The notes: generated by a model not told the origin, from the sequence alone. A DNA stretch of 64,000 nucleotides from Octopus vulgaris (GCA_951406725.2 OX597824.1:29760001-29824000), one strand, 5' to 3'; positions 1 to 13,619 are shown, numbered from the stretch's first letter. Translations and numbers: made by a program.

Positions 1-504
1 TTTTCTGGATTCTTTTTCTCGTTATCGTCCGAGAATTTAGAGATCGGAAACAAGAAACTCGGAGTAATGTTTTGCGAAATTTTAAACTTTCAGTAAATAT
101 ATAAATACTTAGTAATAATAAACTATAATACACACTATAAATGATATATCATATTACAGTATAATATAGTATAATATAGTATATGTATAATCTATAACAT
201 TGTATATGCATATATTAGTACACATACACACACAAATATACGCACACAAACTCATACGTGCACACACGTACACATACATTCACGCACATGTCTATAACAC
301 ATGCCTAACAAATGGCTGCTTATCTGGAATCTCAGAAAGAAAGTTACAGAACCGTGAAGTCGATCGCAGCCGATAATAACTGTTTTATTTCCCGAAACGA
401 AATGGCGGTAACTTTAACTGTTGTGTAAAGTGTGTGGGGGGGGATGAAGGGTTGGTGGAAGCAATGGTATTGGCTGTAGTAGTGGTAATAGCAGTAGTAA
501 TAGG

Positions 505-923
505 GGTGGTGGTGGTGGTGGTGGTGGTGGTGGTGGTGGTGTACCAGCATTGTGTTGTGTGTATGTGTGTATGTACATGTTTGTGGGGGGATGAGATGGT
601 TTGACTGCTGGGTATATACAACTTGTGTCATCACCACAAACCGCTTTAATCGTCGTCGTTATCATCATCATTATCATCGTCGTCGTAATTGTGGTCGTCA
701 TCATCATCATCATCATCATTAGCAGCATCGTCATCGTCGTCGTCTTCACTTTCAACATCATAATTAAATTTTTCATCACTATCATCATCTTCATCTTCAT
801 CATCGTCGTCGTTGTCATCTTCACTTTCAGCATCATCACAATGAACTTTTTCATTACTGAAGATCATTAGCCTCATCATCATCTCCCTTATCGTCGCCAT
901 AGTCGTCGCCATCGTCGTCGTCG

Positions 924-992
<69 letters not shown>

Positions 993-1214
993 ATATCGTC
1001 GTCGTAGTCGTTGTCATCGTCGTCGCCATCGCCATCGCCTTCGCCATCGCCAACTCAATCCTTATTATAATCGTTATGACACTCCATGTTGTTGTCATCA
1101 CACTAACCATCTATCTACCTTACAGCGTTATCTGGATCTCTATCACCACCAACATCATTATTAATCATCATTTTCACCATCCGCTTCACCATCACCACCA
1201 CCACCACCCACCAC

Positions 1215-1278
<64 letters not shown>

Positions 1279-1305
1279 GTTATCGTCGTCGTTGTTGTCG
1301 TTGAT
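505..1305. repeat. compound trinucleotide microsatellite field (GGT)n/(CAT)n/(CGT)n/(CAC)n
   Basis: Directly visible repeats; source of the poly-H/T/P/M/D ORFs in the track. Confidence 0.95.
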
Positions 1306-1489
1306 TTGAACATCAACGTATATATATATAAGCATATTACCGCTCTTTAATGCCAGTTAACAAATTTCAGGTTAATTCTAAAACATGGCAGAAGTTTGTT
1401 ATGAATAAGCGATGAGAAAATAAAGCGGAGAATATTACATATATCGGTATACATGCATACATACATAATATATATATATATATATATAT

Positions 1490-1696
1490 GTTGATTCGCT
1501 AGCCTCTGCACGCATTTTTTTCTCTCCTTGTTTCTCTCTCTGTGTTTCTTTTCTGTGTATCTTTCTGTTGAAGAGCGTAGGCTCGAAACGTAAAAGACTT
1601 GTTTTATTTATATTCCTGAGCGCCATACTAATACAATTGTTTGTTTGTATTCCACCTGCCTTCGTCTTTTGTTTATTTTCATAAAGCTTCCTGTTA
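1490..1696 (+). mobile_element. short non-autonomous PLE-like element in (TA)n carrying a hammerhead motif
   Basis: Flanked by (TA)n on both sides; related copy on the minus strand at about 54901-55090 and a related tail at about 61165-61255. Confidence 0.6.
1560..1597 (+). ncRNA. minimal type I hammerhead ribozyme, A6U core variant
   Basis: TCTTT-CTGTTGA-A-GAGC(GTAG)GCTC-GAAA-CG-TA-AAAGA: 5-bp stem I, 4-bp stem II, palindromic ACGT stem III, GUA site. Confidence 0.6.
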
Positions 1697-1711
1697 TATA
1701 TATATATATAC

Positions 1712-2049
1712 AACAATTGCAGCGTGGAAGGTGTTTATAAGCCATTTAAGAAACACACAAAAGCCGTTCGATTCACTTCAACATTTGAGTTTAATTTGTC
1801 AAAATATTTTCGTCGCTAAAATCCGCGACCTGTTCACTGACAAAGTCCGTGCAGCACGGACTTTGTCAGTGAACAGGTCGCGGATTTTAGCGACGAAAAT
1901 ATTTTGACAAATTAAACTTAAATGTTGAAGTGAATCGAACGGCTTTTGTGTGTTTCTTAAATGGCTTATAAACACCTTCCACGCTGCAATTGTTTTCGTT
2001 TCAGCACACGATCTCAGATCAAATTACTTGCTATGCGAGTACATCTCCG

Positions 2050-2051
<2 letters not shown>
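1712..2051 (+). mobile_element. palindromic (fold-back) PLE-like element, 141-bp arms centred on 1853, plus a 57-bp one-sided tail ending in (TA)n
   Basis: 1712-1852 is the reverse complement of 1854-1994 with one mismatch seen; homologues at 19571-19922 and 26601-26825. Confidence 0.85.
1862..1911 (+). ncRNA. minimal type I hammerhead ribozyme with G3:C8 swapped core (mirror copy 1795-1844 on minus)
   Basis: TTTGTCA-GTGAACA-G-GTCGC(GGATTTTA)GCGAC-GAAA-ATAT-TT-TGACAAA: 7-bp stem I, 5-bp stem II, palindromic stem III. Confidence 0.65.
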
Positions 2052-2102
<51 letters not shown>

Positions 2103-2364
2103 TATCTATACATATATATGCATATATATATACGTATATATATATATGTATACATACATATATGTTAATGTGTGTGTGTGTGTATGTGTATGTGTGTATA
2201 TAAATGTATGTGTTTATAACCACGAAAAGTTCTGAAACGTTGGGTCCTCGAGAGAAACAGATTTGCTTTATTTTCGGAACCTGCGTCCCAAATAGGTTTT
2301 CGGTAAATAGTAATCGAAAAGTATAATTTGATACGGGAAATAACTCAACTTTTAGATCGCTTAA

Positions 2365-2520
<156 letters not shown>

Positions 2521-3012
2521 TATGACATTTCATTGCTTTCATTTTGTTTAAAACTTTGCCGCTGTAAAGTTTCCATTCACTTTGTGATAGACAGCTATCC
2601 TGTAGAAAATGCTAGGTTCCAAATTTGGGATTTTGGTTAGATAAAGATCATCAAATTTTAAGCATCTCTAACATTTTTCCAAAACAAAATATTCTGGAAT
2701 AAATGCATCACAATAATAGGTTCAGCGTGAAAAAGTACATCAATATACCAAATTTTAAAATTTTCACTTAATTGTAATATTCCAAAACCTGTGACAGCTA
2801 CAAAAAAGATCACCTCTCTCAGCCTGTCTTTTCCGCACGTGAGATGTATCGATTAGAAGAAAAGAGCCTCCGTCGCATAGACTCAAGAGACGATGTCGCG
2901 TTTCAGTATAGAAGACTTAACTCTCCAGTGAGTCTTGTTTAACTAATCATCAGGCAGAGATTACCTTAAACAAATGAAGGTTACAGTGTCATTTGAAAAT
3001 TCCAAGTTAATA

Positions 3013-3413
3013 GGCGCAGGAGTGGCTGTGTGGTAAGTAGCTTGCTTACCAACCACATGGTTCCGGGTTCAGTCCCACTGCGTGGCACCTTGAGTAAGTG
3101 TCTTCTGCTATAGTTTCGGGCCGATTAAAGTCTTGTGAGTGGATTTGGTAGACGGAAACTGAAAGAAGCCCTTCGTATATATGTATGTATATATAAATAT
3201 ATATATATATATGTGTGTGTGTTTTTATTCCTCCAACAGCGCTTGACAACCGATGCTGGTGTGTTTACGTCCCCTTAACTTAGCGGTTCGCGCAAAAGAG
3301 ACCGATAGAATAAGTACTAAGCTTACAAAGAATAAATCCTGGGGTCGATTTGCTCGACTAAAGGTGGTGCTCCAGCATGACTGAAACAAGTAAAAGAGTA
3401 AGAGTAAAGAGTA
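3013..3413 (+). mobile_element. tRNA-derived SINE group A (internal TA/TG microsatellite, GTAAAAGA tail)
   Basis: A-box TGGCTGTGTGG, B-box GGTTCAGTCC; many similar copies in the window. Confidence 0.9.
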
Positions 3414-3948
3414 CTTCGCAGATGTGAGTTGAAATGAATAGCTAAGACAGACCAAAGTACAGAATAAGGTAACTTCGAAATTCCAAGCAACAATGTTCAC
3501 TTAATTAAGGTAATTTCAGCCTGATGATTAGCGAAGTTGAGCAAATCTCGTTGAGTAAATATTAGGTCAGAGGATCAGCTAGCTAAGAAATATATGTAGC
3601 CTGCATTTTACGCGTACCACTTACACAATTTAGAATTATATATGTGTGTGTGTGCGTGTATTTATGTATGTGTGCAAGTATATATATATATATATATATA
3701 TATATGGAAGGAATTAGATATATATATATGTGTATATGAATTCATGTACGTATATAAATGTATGTATGTATGTATGTATGTATGTATGTATGTATGTATG
3801 CATGCATGCATGTATGTATGTGTTTGTATGCATGTGTTGTGACGCAGGTTTCTTGAAAGTCTGGCTTTTCTCAACCTTCTAAATGAATTAATTTGCTTTT
3901 CCAAGCATCAACACGGATTTCTGTGAAACAACTGTGAAAAACTAATTG

Positions 3949-4017
<69 letters not shown>

Positions 4018-4034
4018 TATTATTATTATTATTA

Positions 4035-4073
<39 letters not shown>

Positions 4074-4107
4074 GTATTAGTATTAGTATTATTATTATTG
4101 TTGTTAT

Positions 4108-4560
4108 TATTGTGTGAAAGAGCAGCGCATGCCATCAAAGTGACACTGGGGTAAAATATACGAAGCCCAGTATACCCATCATGACTACCCGTCTGATAAG
4201 GGTACACCAGGCACATGCATCGCAACCATATGTGCGCGAGATGGTGATCTCATATCAAGATAAACAGCGCATGACCGTGCAGGTGGAGCCCTGTAAGAAT
4301 TTTTTTAAAGTCGAATAGCCCGTCCTACTGAAAAGGTCCCTGAATAAGGTTTGTTTAATGATGATGAACAAAATACTCAAGTTTCCAGAAGTGAATTATT
4401 CAACCCCCCACCCAAGAATTCCTTTTAACACATGGCTATGATGCTCCCCCACTACTACTGCTCGTGATCAGAGATGCTCATATCGTCAGCCACTAAGGGA
4501 CATGTTCAACTGGTTAAGTTCAAACAACTGACAAACAAATTTGTGGTATTGAGCAGTATT
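4108..4560 (-). mobile_element. unclassified retroposon (family E) with (AAT)n tail
   Basis: Reverse complement of 6225-6670; (TAT)n tail at 3950-4110. Confidence 0.75.
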
Positions 4561-4573
4561 GTTGTTGTTGTTA

Positions 4574-6156
4574 CACTGGGGAGCAGGATTTTTGTTCTCT
4601 GATGTTGGAGGCATGTTTCCTACAAATTCGGGAGTGCTGATTTCAAAAATTTTTTGTTCTATCGCGTCAAGATTTTTCACAAACTGAGGTGTCCATTTTT
4701 CAACATTTCTGGTAGTATCACCATTTCTAAGGATAGATTTGACTTCATCAAATACGAACCCATGTATGGGGCTTAACATAACTTAGAAAACTTTTTCCAG
4801 TCTCATTTAAAGTAAATAAAACTACAAAAGTGAAAACAAAAGTCATGGTTTAAGTATCTTTAGTAAATAAAAAAGTATCTAACTTGAGCAACTTTCAGGC
4901 TTTTCAACCTAAGCTGTTTCAAATGTCATGATGATGACAGAAATGTCCTTTATACAATTAGATGTTAAGAAACAACATATTTTTGTGACCCTTGACACCA
5001 TCCGTCTCATATTTGCGGAATTCATCTGCAGATATACCCACGCTTTGCCTAATTTAGTATGACTATCATTGCAAACTAGATGAGACATGTTTTGTTGAAC
5101 TTTTAACTGTCTCTTGTGAAAATTGGTATTTTGAATGTGTCCTTAATGTTTTGATTGTGAGGTCACATGGGTCGAGGTCACTTTTTGTTAAGCAAGGTCA
5201 AAGAACTGTAAAAAGAACTTTATGGTATGATATGCTCTTCATGGAACTTTGCCATCACAAATCTGTATTTGCTTACTTTATAACTGTTGGCTATTCTGAA
5301 AATGTTTTCCAGCTGACAACTGGCTTGGACATGTTTTGTATTTCAAAAATATGGCCAGTTATGAGAGAAGAGAATGTAAAAACAGTCTCGATGTCGTCTG
5401 CTTATTTCTGGATTAGGCAGTGAAATAAAATCACAGATTTTGTAAAGAAAGCTTATCTTACTTCCTTCCTTACTTAAGTATGAAACTGGGTGACAAGACA
5501 AAGCTTGGCATCCCATATAGTGTGCAAAATATGTGTTGAAACACTGAGACAGTGACTGCTTCAAATACTTAAACAGAAAGTTTCTAGCTTTGTCTTGTGA
5601 GAAAAATATGGTTGGAGTGTTTGATGGGCCACAAATGGAAGCGCTCCGTCGGTTACGACGACGAGGGTTCCGGTTGATCCGAATCAACGGAACAGACTGC
5701 TCGTGAAATTAACGTGTAAGTGGCTGAGCACTCCACAGACACGTGTACCCTTAACGTAGTTCTCGGGGATATTCAGCGTGACACAGAGAGTGACAAGGCC
5801 GGCCCTTTGAAATACAGGTACAACAGAAACAGGAAGTAAGAGTGAGAGAAAGTTGTGGTGAAAGAGTACAGCAGGGATCACCACCATCCCTGCTGGAGCG
5901 TCGTGGAGCTTTAGGTGTTTTCGCTCAATAAACACTCACAACGCCCGGTCTGGGAATCGAAACCGCGATCCTACGACCACGAGTCCGTTGCCCTGACCAC
6001 TGGGCCATTGCGCCTCCACTGATGGGCCACATATTGGGTGATTATCGCATGACGAGCTATTTGTGGAGACCATGTCTGGCACTGAAAAAGAAGCATGGAA
6101 TGCTTTTGTTGCAGCTGTGTCTGATTTCCTGAGATACAGGAAGCCATCAAATTATG
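4574..6156 (+). mobile_element. decayed Chapaev3-like (CMC) DNA transposon interrupted by a SINE
   Basis: Starts TTA|CACTGGG; residual peptide DSDCFKYLNRKFLALSCEKNMVGVFDGP..TEKEAWNAFVAAVSDFLRYRKPSNY resembles the GIFDGPQIR/FLGN.K region recalled for Chapaev3 transposases. Confidence 0.5.
5634..6019 (-). mobile_element. young tRNA-derived SINE group C
   Basis: A/B boxes; 12-bp TSD TGATGGGCCACA at 5622-5633 and 6020-6031. Confidence 0.92.
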
Positions 6157-6670
6157 ATCTTATCTGATTGGAAGTGTTATCATGTACATTATTTTGTCTT
6201 GGTATAAAAGATGGGCTACAGCAAATATTCTGCTCAATACCACAGATTTACTTGTCAGTTGTTTGACCTTAACCAGTTGACAATCTCCCTTATTGGCTGA
6301 TGATATGTGCATCTCTGATCACGAGCAGAAGTAGTGGGGGAGCATCATAGCCATGTGTTGAGACGGATTCTTTGGGGTTTGACTAATTCACCTCTGGAAA
6401 TATGGGTGTTTCGTTCAATATCCTTAAACAACCCTTATTCAGGGACCTTTTGAGCGGGATGGGTTACTCGACCAGAAGAAAATTCTAACTGGACCCTACC
6501 TGCAAGGTCATGTGCTGTTTTTCTTGATATGAGATCACCATGTCGCGCACATATGGTTGTTATGCATGTGCCTGGTGTACCCTTATCAGACGGGTAGTCA
6601 TGATGGGTATACTGGGCTTCGTATATTTTACTCCGGTGTCACTTTCACAGCATGCACTGCTCTCTCACTC
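6157..6670 (+). mobile_element. unclassified retroposon (family E) with (AAT)n tail
   Basis: Homologous to 4108-4560 and 35255-35450; followed by (AAT)n 6671-6776. Confidence 0.75.
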
Positions 6671-6777
<107 letters not shown>

Positions 6778-6839
6778 GTGGTGTTTAGAAGGTTCGAATG
6801 CATCCGGACTTGGTAAGATCTTTCGTTGCAGGATTAGTG

Positions 6840-6989
6840 TCCAGAGAAAGCCTGCACAGATGATTTGTTAATAGTGATTAAATGTTTATGCAGTACATTA
6901 GCTCACTCTCTTCATCCAATCAACGCTACCTGTACAGGTGCATGGTGTGGCATGTCAGATGTCGACGTGATCGCAGAGTTACGTGAAAA

Positions 6990-7033
<44 letters not shown>

Positions 7034-7102
7034 CACAACGCATCGCCGTTCCAAGAATTGAAATCACGGTCTTGCGATCATGAGTGTAATATCCTAACTC
7101 TT
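6840..7102 (-). mobile_element. old tRNA/CORE-type SINE (group D) fragment
   Basis: Similarity to the group D head and to the tail of the 40597-40860 copy. Confidence 0.5.
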
Positions 7103-7305
7103 AGAACATACATGTGTGTGTGTATGTGTGTACGTGTGTGCGCGCACGCGGGCGTGTTTACGCGTATGTGTATAATCACTCATTCACGCATGTGTGCAAA
7201 ATCATGATGGATGTGAATGACTTTTTTGTCGCTAACTTTAAATATTTTGCACATATATACCCGCTTATCTCTGAAAATACCAGTTATGCATATGTGCATG
7301 TGTGA

Positions 7306-7369
<64 letters not shown>

Positions 7370-7415
7370 AAAATACAGATATATATATATATGCCTATAT
7401 AAGTATATACATATA

Positions 7416-7821
7416 GCCGCAGGAGTGGCTGTGTGGGAAGTAGCCTGCTTACCAACCACATGGTCCCGGGTTCAGTCCCACTGCGTAGCACCTGGGGCAA
7501 GTGTCTTCTACTATAGCCTCGGGCCGACCAAAGCCTTGTGAGTGGATTTCGTAGACGGAAACTGAAAGAAGCCCGTCATATATATGTATATATATGTGTG
7601 TGTGTGAGTGTGTGTTTGTGTGTCTGTGTTTGTCAACCAAACATTGCTCGACAACGGATACTGGTGTGTTTGCGTTCCCGTAACTTAGCGGTTCGGTAAA
7701 AGAACCAATAGAAAGTACTAGGCTTACAAATAATAAGTCTTGGAGTCGATTTGCTCGACTAAAGGCGGTGTTCCAGCATGGACGCAGTCAAATGACTGAA
7801 ACGAGTAAAAGAGTAAAAGAA
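7416..7821 (+). mobile_element. SINE group A
   Basis: Full-length match to 3013-3413. Confidence 0.9.
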
Positions 7822-7869
7822 TATATATGCATATAAATACATATATGTATATGCATATATATACATATA

Positions 7870-7942
<73 letters not shown>

Positions 7943-7953
7943 CATATATACAT

Positions 7954-7994
<41 letters not shown>

Positions 7995-8125
7995 ACGTGG
8001 AGCAACATGAAATGAAATGGTTTGCACAAGAACACAACACATTGTCCGCACCAAGAATTGAAACCACAATCTTACAATTTCGCTCTAATAAGTGCAACAC
8101 ACCTAACCAGTAGGCCACGCACCTC
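7995..8125 (-). mobile_element. SINE group D head fragment
   Basis: TGGAGCAACATGAAAT..GCACAAGAACACAAC core plus tRNA-like head. Confidence 0.6.
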
Positions 8126-8144
8126 AACATGCATACATACATAC

Positions 8145-8183
<39 letters not shown>

Positions 8184-8383
8184 CGTCAGAGGTTTCTAGT
8201 TTATCCAATCATTTGTGTTCTTTTTAATATGCTGCTCCTAGAATCCTAGAACCAAGCCCGAGGTTATTTTACTTCAGTGTCAACCCTATGTTATCTTACC
8301 TAGCCATTTCTGGCATTCTACTTGCAGATGTGCCTAGATTTTATTGAATCCTATAACAGCATATTATTTGATAGGTAGATAGA

Positions 8384-8423
<40 letters not shown>

Positions 8424-8602
8424 TAGATCTTCATATATACAGGCACAAATATGCATGTATTACATGGCGGTATATATATAAATATATTTGTAAGTTGGCG
8501 ATAAAAGTATATACCCATATATAAATCCGCATCTGTGTAAGTATGTATGCATGTATGTGTGTGCGTATATGAGTGCACTTATGTGTATGCATGAATGTGC
8601 GC

Positions 8603-8635
<33 letters not shown>

Positions 8636-8794
8636 TGAATGTGCGCGTGTGTGATGCGCACGCGCGTGTTGTAATTTATTTCAGCTTTACATTTTCTCCT
8701 ATAAATCTGTTAAGCTGAAACAAATTGCAACTTGTAAGGATAAAATAAATAACTCTTTTTCTTCTTCTCTGCCCTTCCTTCTGTCTTCCTTTCT

Positions 8795-8804
<10 letters not shown>

Positions 8805-8863
<59 letters not shown>

Positions 8864-8931
8864 TATATATATATGTGTGTGTCTATATATATATATGCAT
8901 AGAGAGAGAGGCATATATATAGACATACATA

Positions 8932-8970
<39 letters not shown>

Positions 8971-9014
8971 ATATACGAATATATATTTGTATGTATGTAT
9001 ATATATATATATAC

Positions 9015-9056
<42 letters not shown>

Positions 9057-9225
9057 ATGTATGTATGTATGTATATATATATATATATACATATGTATGT
9101 ATATGTATACACACACAGACACATACACACGCGCGCGCACACAAATATATCAATTCAAACTATATACTACACGGGAACACACGAAAGTATGCGTATACTT
9201 ACATACATACTGGGATATATATACT

Positions 9226-9272
<47 letters not shown>

Positions 9273-9296
9273 GTATGTGTATATATACATACTTGC

Positions 9297-9336
<40 letters not shown>

Positions 9337-9400
9337 ACATTATTATGGTGTGATACTCACACAAACTGATCTACGCTTATACATAATATAATATACTAAG

Positions 9401-9461
<61 letters not shown>

Positions 9462-9597
9462 CACAAATACATACACGCACATATGCCTGTAAATACTTGT
9501 GCATCCATATTTATATACAAATATCTATATTTACATGCATATACATATACATACATATATATGCATATATGTATACTCACATACACTTACATCACAC

Positions 9598-9635
<38 letters not shown>
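8805..9635. repeat. (CT)n/(TA)n/(TATG)n/(CA)n microsatellite field
   Basis: Directly visible. Confidence 0.9.
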
Positions 9636-9637
<2 letters not shown>

Positions 9638-10049
9638 GGGTGCGTTCGCATATAGTCGGACGTAGTAAAATTATGTTAATCGTCATATATCTTGGAGAAA
9701 ATAACCATCAACAATTTTGCTGCGCCATCCATTACGTCTTATCACTAATCTACTATTCTGTCAGTCAAAAATACAGAGTCTTCATCTAAGTGAGCAGAAT
9801 TTATCTCTTTTAGAAATATCAAGATAGGTTTATGTGTAGAAGCGAAGATAAGTAATCGCTGATATGTCGTGTTAATACAAGGTCATTCGTTGTTGGTAAC
9901 ATCTAGGCAGATACCAATTTTGTTTCACTTTGGAATAGATTGTTGGGTATATGGAATCGCAGAGTGGTAGGTAGTCATGGAATTGTGATCTGTGTTGGCG
10001 AAATTTCTTATGCAAATAATTTTATGTATAATTTGGCTAACTTCGTATT

Positions 10050-10192
10050 CTCTTTTACTCTTTTACTTGTTTCAGTCATTTGACTGCGGCCATGCTGGAG
10101 CACCGCCTTTAGTCGAGCAAATCGACCCCAGGACTTATTTTTGTAAGCCCAGTACTTATTCTATCGCTCTCTTTTGGCGAACCGCTAAGTGA
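10050..10192 (-). mobile_element. SINE group A 3' fragment
   Basis: Reverse complement of the group A tail. Confidence 0.85.
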
Positions 10193-10457
10193 CGTATGTA
10201 TAATATTATGTATGATTTGGGAAAAATCGTCTTCAGGCTAATTTCTAAGACTGTGAGGAAAATACCTCTAAGCTTTCACCCCACGGCAGTATAAGATAAA
10301 CTTGGGTGGGGGTGGGGGGTCTTTTACTTTGTTTTTTTAGGGTTTTTTTAGCCAAATTTCTCAGCTTCAAAGAGTGAATTATTTTAAATATCTGTTGTCA
10401 CTGCTGTTGTTGTGTATAACCTAATGTGAATTCTGATTATGAAGATGTGTGAACATA

Positions 10458-10860
10458 GGCGCAGGAGTGGCTGTGTGGTAAGTAGCTTGTTTACCAACCA
10501 CATGGTTCTGGGTTCAGTCCCACTGCGTGGCACCCTGGGCAAGTGTCTTCTACTATAGCCTCGGGCCGACCAAAGCCTTGTGAGTGGATTTGGTAGACGG
10601 AAACTGAAAGAAGCCCGTCGTATATATGTATATATATATATATATATATGCGTGTGTGTGTTTGTGTGTCTGTGTTTGTCCCCCTAGCATTGCTTGACAA
10701 CCGATGCTGGTGTGCTTATGTCCCCGATACTTAGCGGTTCGGCAAAAGAGACCGATAGAATAAGTACTGGGCTTACAAAGAATAAGTCCCGGGGTCAAGT
10801 TGCTCGATTAAAGGCGGTGCTCCAGCATGGCCGCAGTCAAATGCCTGAAACAAGTAAAAA
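10458..10860 (+). mobile_element. SINE group A
   Basis: Full-length copy. Confidence 0.9.
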
Positions 10861-10888
10861 AAAAAAAAATGCGTTGACACCCGTAAGT

Positions 10889-11050
10889 AGGCACTGGCGT
10901 GACTGTGTGGTAAGGAGCTTGCTTCCTAGCCACATGGTTCAGTGTTCCATCTCACTGCGTGGAGCCTTGGCCATGTACCGTCAACTATAGCCTCGAGCTG
11001 ACCAAAGCCTTGTGCGTGGATTTCGTAGGCGGAAACTGATAGAAATCCAT

Positions 11051-11089
<39 letters not shown>

Positions 11090-11283
11090 CTGTCTGTCTG
11101 TCTGGACAACCAGCGCTAGTGTGTTTACATCACCGTGGCATAGCGGTTCGATTAAAGGGTGCGATAAAATAAGTAGCAGACCTGAAAAAAGATATTAAGT
11201 ACTGGAATCGATTCGTTCGATTTAAATTTTGCAAGGCTGTGCCCCAGCATGGTCACAATCAATTGACTGAAGCAAGTGAAAGA
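10889..11283 (+). mobile_element. SINE group A, diverged
   Basis: Same layout with more substitutions. Confidence 0.8.
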
Positions 11284-11632
11284 TCCTGTCGAGGGAACTT
11301 AAAAGACTATTAACCACAACGCCCTTATTTTTTTGAAGACGGTAAGGTGTTATTCAGAAAATACTCCTACTCAAATAGAGCGGTTGCAATGCATGCCTGA
11401 AACTCGATATATATGCTACAGAAGCAATATTAGGTTAAAATAGCAATCTGTGCATTATGCTTAATGTAAACATGCCATGAAAAAGTAAATTCACTGCAGT
11501 ATTCGTACAGAGATATTAACTGTAATGGACGTACTATGTCTAAAACTCATATATATCAGTAGCAAGCGAAAATCTTCTAGCAGTGTATTTCTGCCTCGTT
11601 GAGCGTCGTCAATGGTATTGCAACACCTGTGA

Positions 11633-11671
<39 letters not shown>

Positions 11672-12521
11672 TGTGTGTGTGTCTGTGTCTGTGTCTGTCC
11701 CTCACCACCGCTTGACAACCGGTGTTGCTGTGTTTACGTCTCCGTAACTCAGGGGTTCAGTAAATATAAATCAAAGATAGAACAGAAAAAAAAGCAACGA
11801 ACGGAAACCGTCAAAACACAACATGCGGGAAAAGAGGCCGATAGCACGACAACGACAAACAGGACAAAACAAAGTACATGGATCATTCGCAGCCAATTGC
11901 CTCTTCAGTTGGAGTCCGGAATGTCCACAGAGTTTCGCCCACTTCTCTCCGATACTACTCGAAACCGGCTGGGCCAGGGACTTAAGCTAAACGCATTAAT
12001 CCTCTGGGAAAGCAAACGAATGTACATATACGAAAACAAATAAGTAAAGAACAGAAAGGATCTTTCAACTAGAAGGGCTTCTTTCCATTTTTCACAACCA
12101 AATCCACTGACAAGGATTCGGCGGCCCGAAGATTCAAATAGCCTAAAGTGCCTCGCAGTGAGACTGAACCCGAAACCATGTGGTTGGGAACCAGCTTTCT
12201 CACTACACAGCTATGCTTGCGCATAAGAAATATAATCTCCATTAGAAATATTATCTCGGGACGAATACCGCAGCAAATTTGCTTTTTCGCTATGCATTTA
12301 CATTTAGTATGATACACAGATTGCTATGTCTAAATTATATAAATGAATGCATTAAACAATTTAGATAAAAATATGTTGTTGGTTTTTTAAAAATTTCTAT
12401 GAGACAGCCCCAAAAAGGGGACATAAATACTATAATTAGCGTTTAGCATTTTGTAAAAGCTGCACCTAGATATGTATGTATATGTATGTAGTACATGTCT
12501 AAGTATGTTTGTAGAAAAAAA

Positions 12522-13303
12522 GGAACACTCCGTCAGTTACGACGACGAGGGTCCCAGCTGATACGATCAACGAAACAGCTCGCTCGTGAAATTAACGTGC
12601 AAGTGGCTGAGCACTCCACAGACATGTGTACCCATTACGTAGCTCTCAGGGACATCCAGTGTGTCACAAAGTATGACAAGGCTGGCCCTTTGAAATACAG
12701 GTACTACTCATTTTTGCCAGCTGAGTGGACTGGAGCGACGTGAAATAAAGTGTGTGGGTGGTGTGTTGTGATGTGATGTGTAATGTTGTATGGTGTAGTA
12801 TGGTGTGGTATGGTGGAGGCGCAATGGCCCAGTGGTTAGGGCAGCGGACTCGCGGTCGTAAGATCGCGGTTTCGATTCCCAGACCGGGCGTTGTGAGTGT
12901 TTATTGAGCGAAAACACCTAAAGCTCCACGACGCTCCGGCAGGGATGGTGGTGTTCCCTGCTGTACTCTTTCACCACAACTTTCTCTCACTCTTACTTCC
13001 TGTTTCTGTTGTACCTGTATTTCAAAGGGCCGGCCTTGTCACTCTCTGTGTCACGCTGAATATCCCCGAGAACTACGTTAAGGGTACACGTGTCTGTGGA
13101 GTGCTCAGCCACTTACACGTTAATTTCACGAGCAGGCTGTTCCGTTGATTCGGATCAACCGGAACCCTCGTCGTCGTAACCGACGGAGTGCTTCCCAGGT
13201 GTGGTATGATCTTGTTCAAGAGGACAACCGGTCGCCGGGAATTGAACTCACGACCTTACGATCTTGAGCCGAATTCCCTAACCACTAAGCCACGTGCCTT
13301 CAC
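12522..13303 (-). mobile_element. SINE group D (CORE-type) interrupted by a group C SINE
   Basis: Head 13210-13303, core and tail 12522-12752; tail shared with group C. Confidence 0.8.
12813..13197 (+). mobile_element. young SINE group C
   Basis: TSD GGTGTGGTATG at 12802-12812 and 13198-13208. Confidence 0.92.
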
Positions 13304-13381
13304 GTATGCTTGCATTTTATGTGTGTCTACATAGCCTCAACCAACTATCACATCACATGATTACTATTGACACTATCAGAG

Positions 13382-13439
<58 letters not shown>

Positions 13440-13490
13440 CGTATTAACCCCATTCATAGCTCTTTCACATATTCAGAAGCATTTATTCAT

Positions 13491-13525
<35 letters not shown>

Positions 13526-13619
13526 CTTTTGTTTACCCAAAGGGGCCAACTCTAGTTATTGCCGTCATTGACACCTCTCTCTCTCAAGTGCCATCTCCTG
13601 CTGAAATGCCAACACTCAG

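Noticed and set aside
2890-2960. Possible hammerhead on minus: CTGATGA..AAGACT/AGTCTT..GAAACGCGAC
   Set aside because: U16.1 is absent and no stem I pairing was found; at best a decayed copy
6290-6355. CTGATGA/CTGACGA in family E
   Set aside because: No GAAA or stem III arrangement; the motif pairs into a plain hairpin instead
11875-11915. Possible hammerhead on minus: CTGAAGA-G-GCA..TGC-GAAT-GATC in the 11760-12065 insert
   Set aside because: GAAA is broken and stem I is unconvincing, though the insert may be an old PLE-like tail
12897-13148. 83-aa ORF MFIERKHLKL.. recurring four times
   Set aside because: Lies within SINE C, uses a non-ATG start, and is frameshifted in two copies
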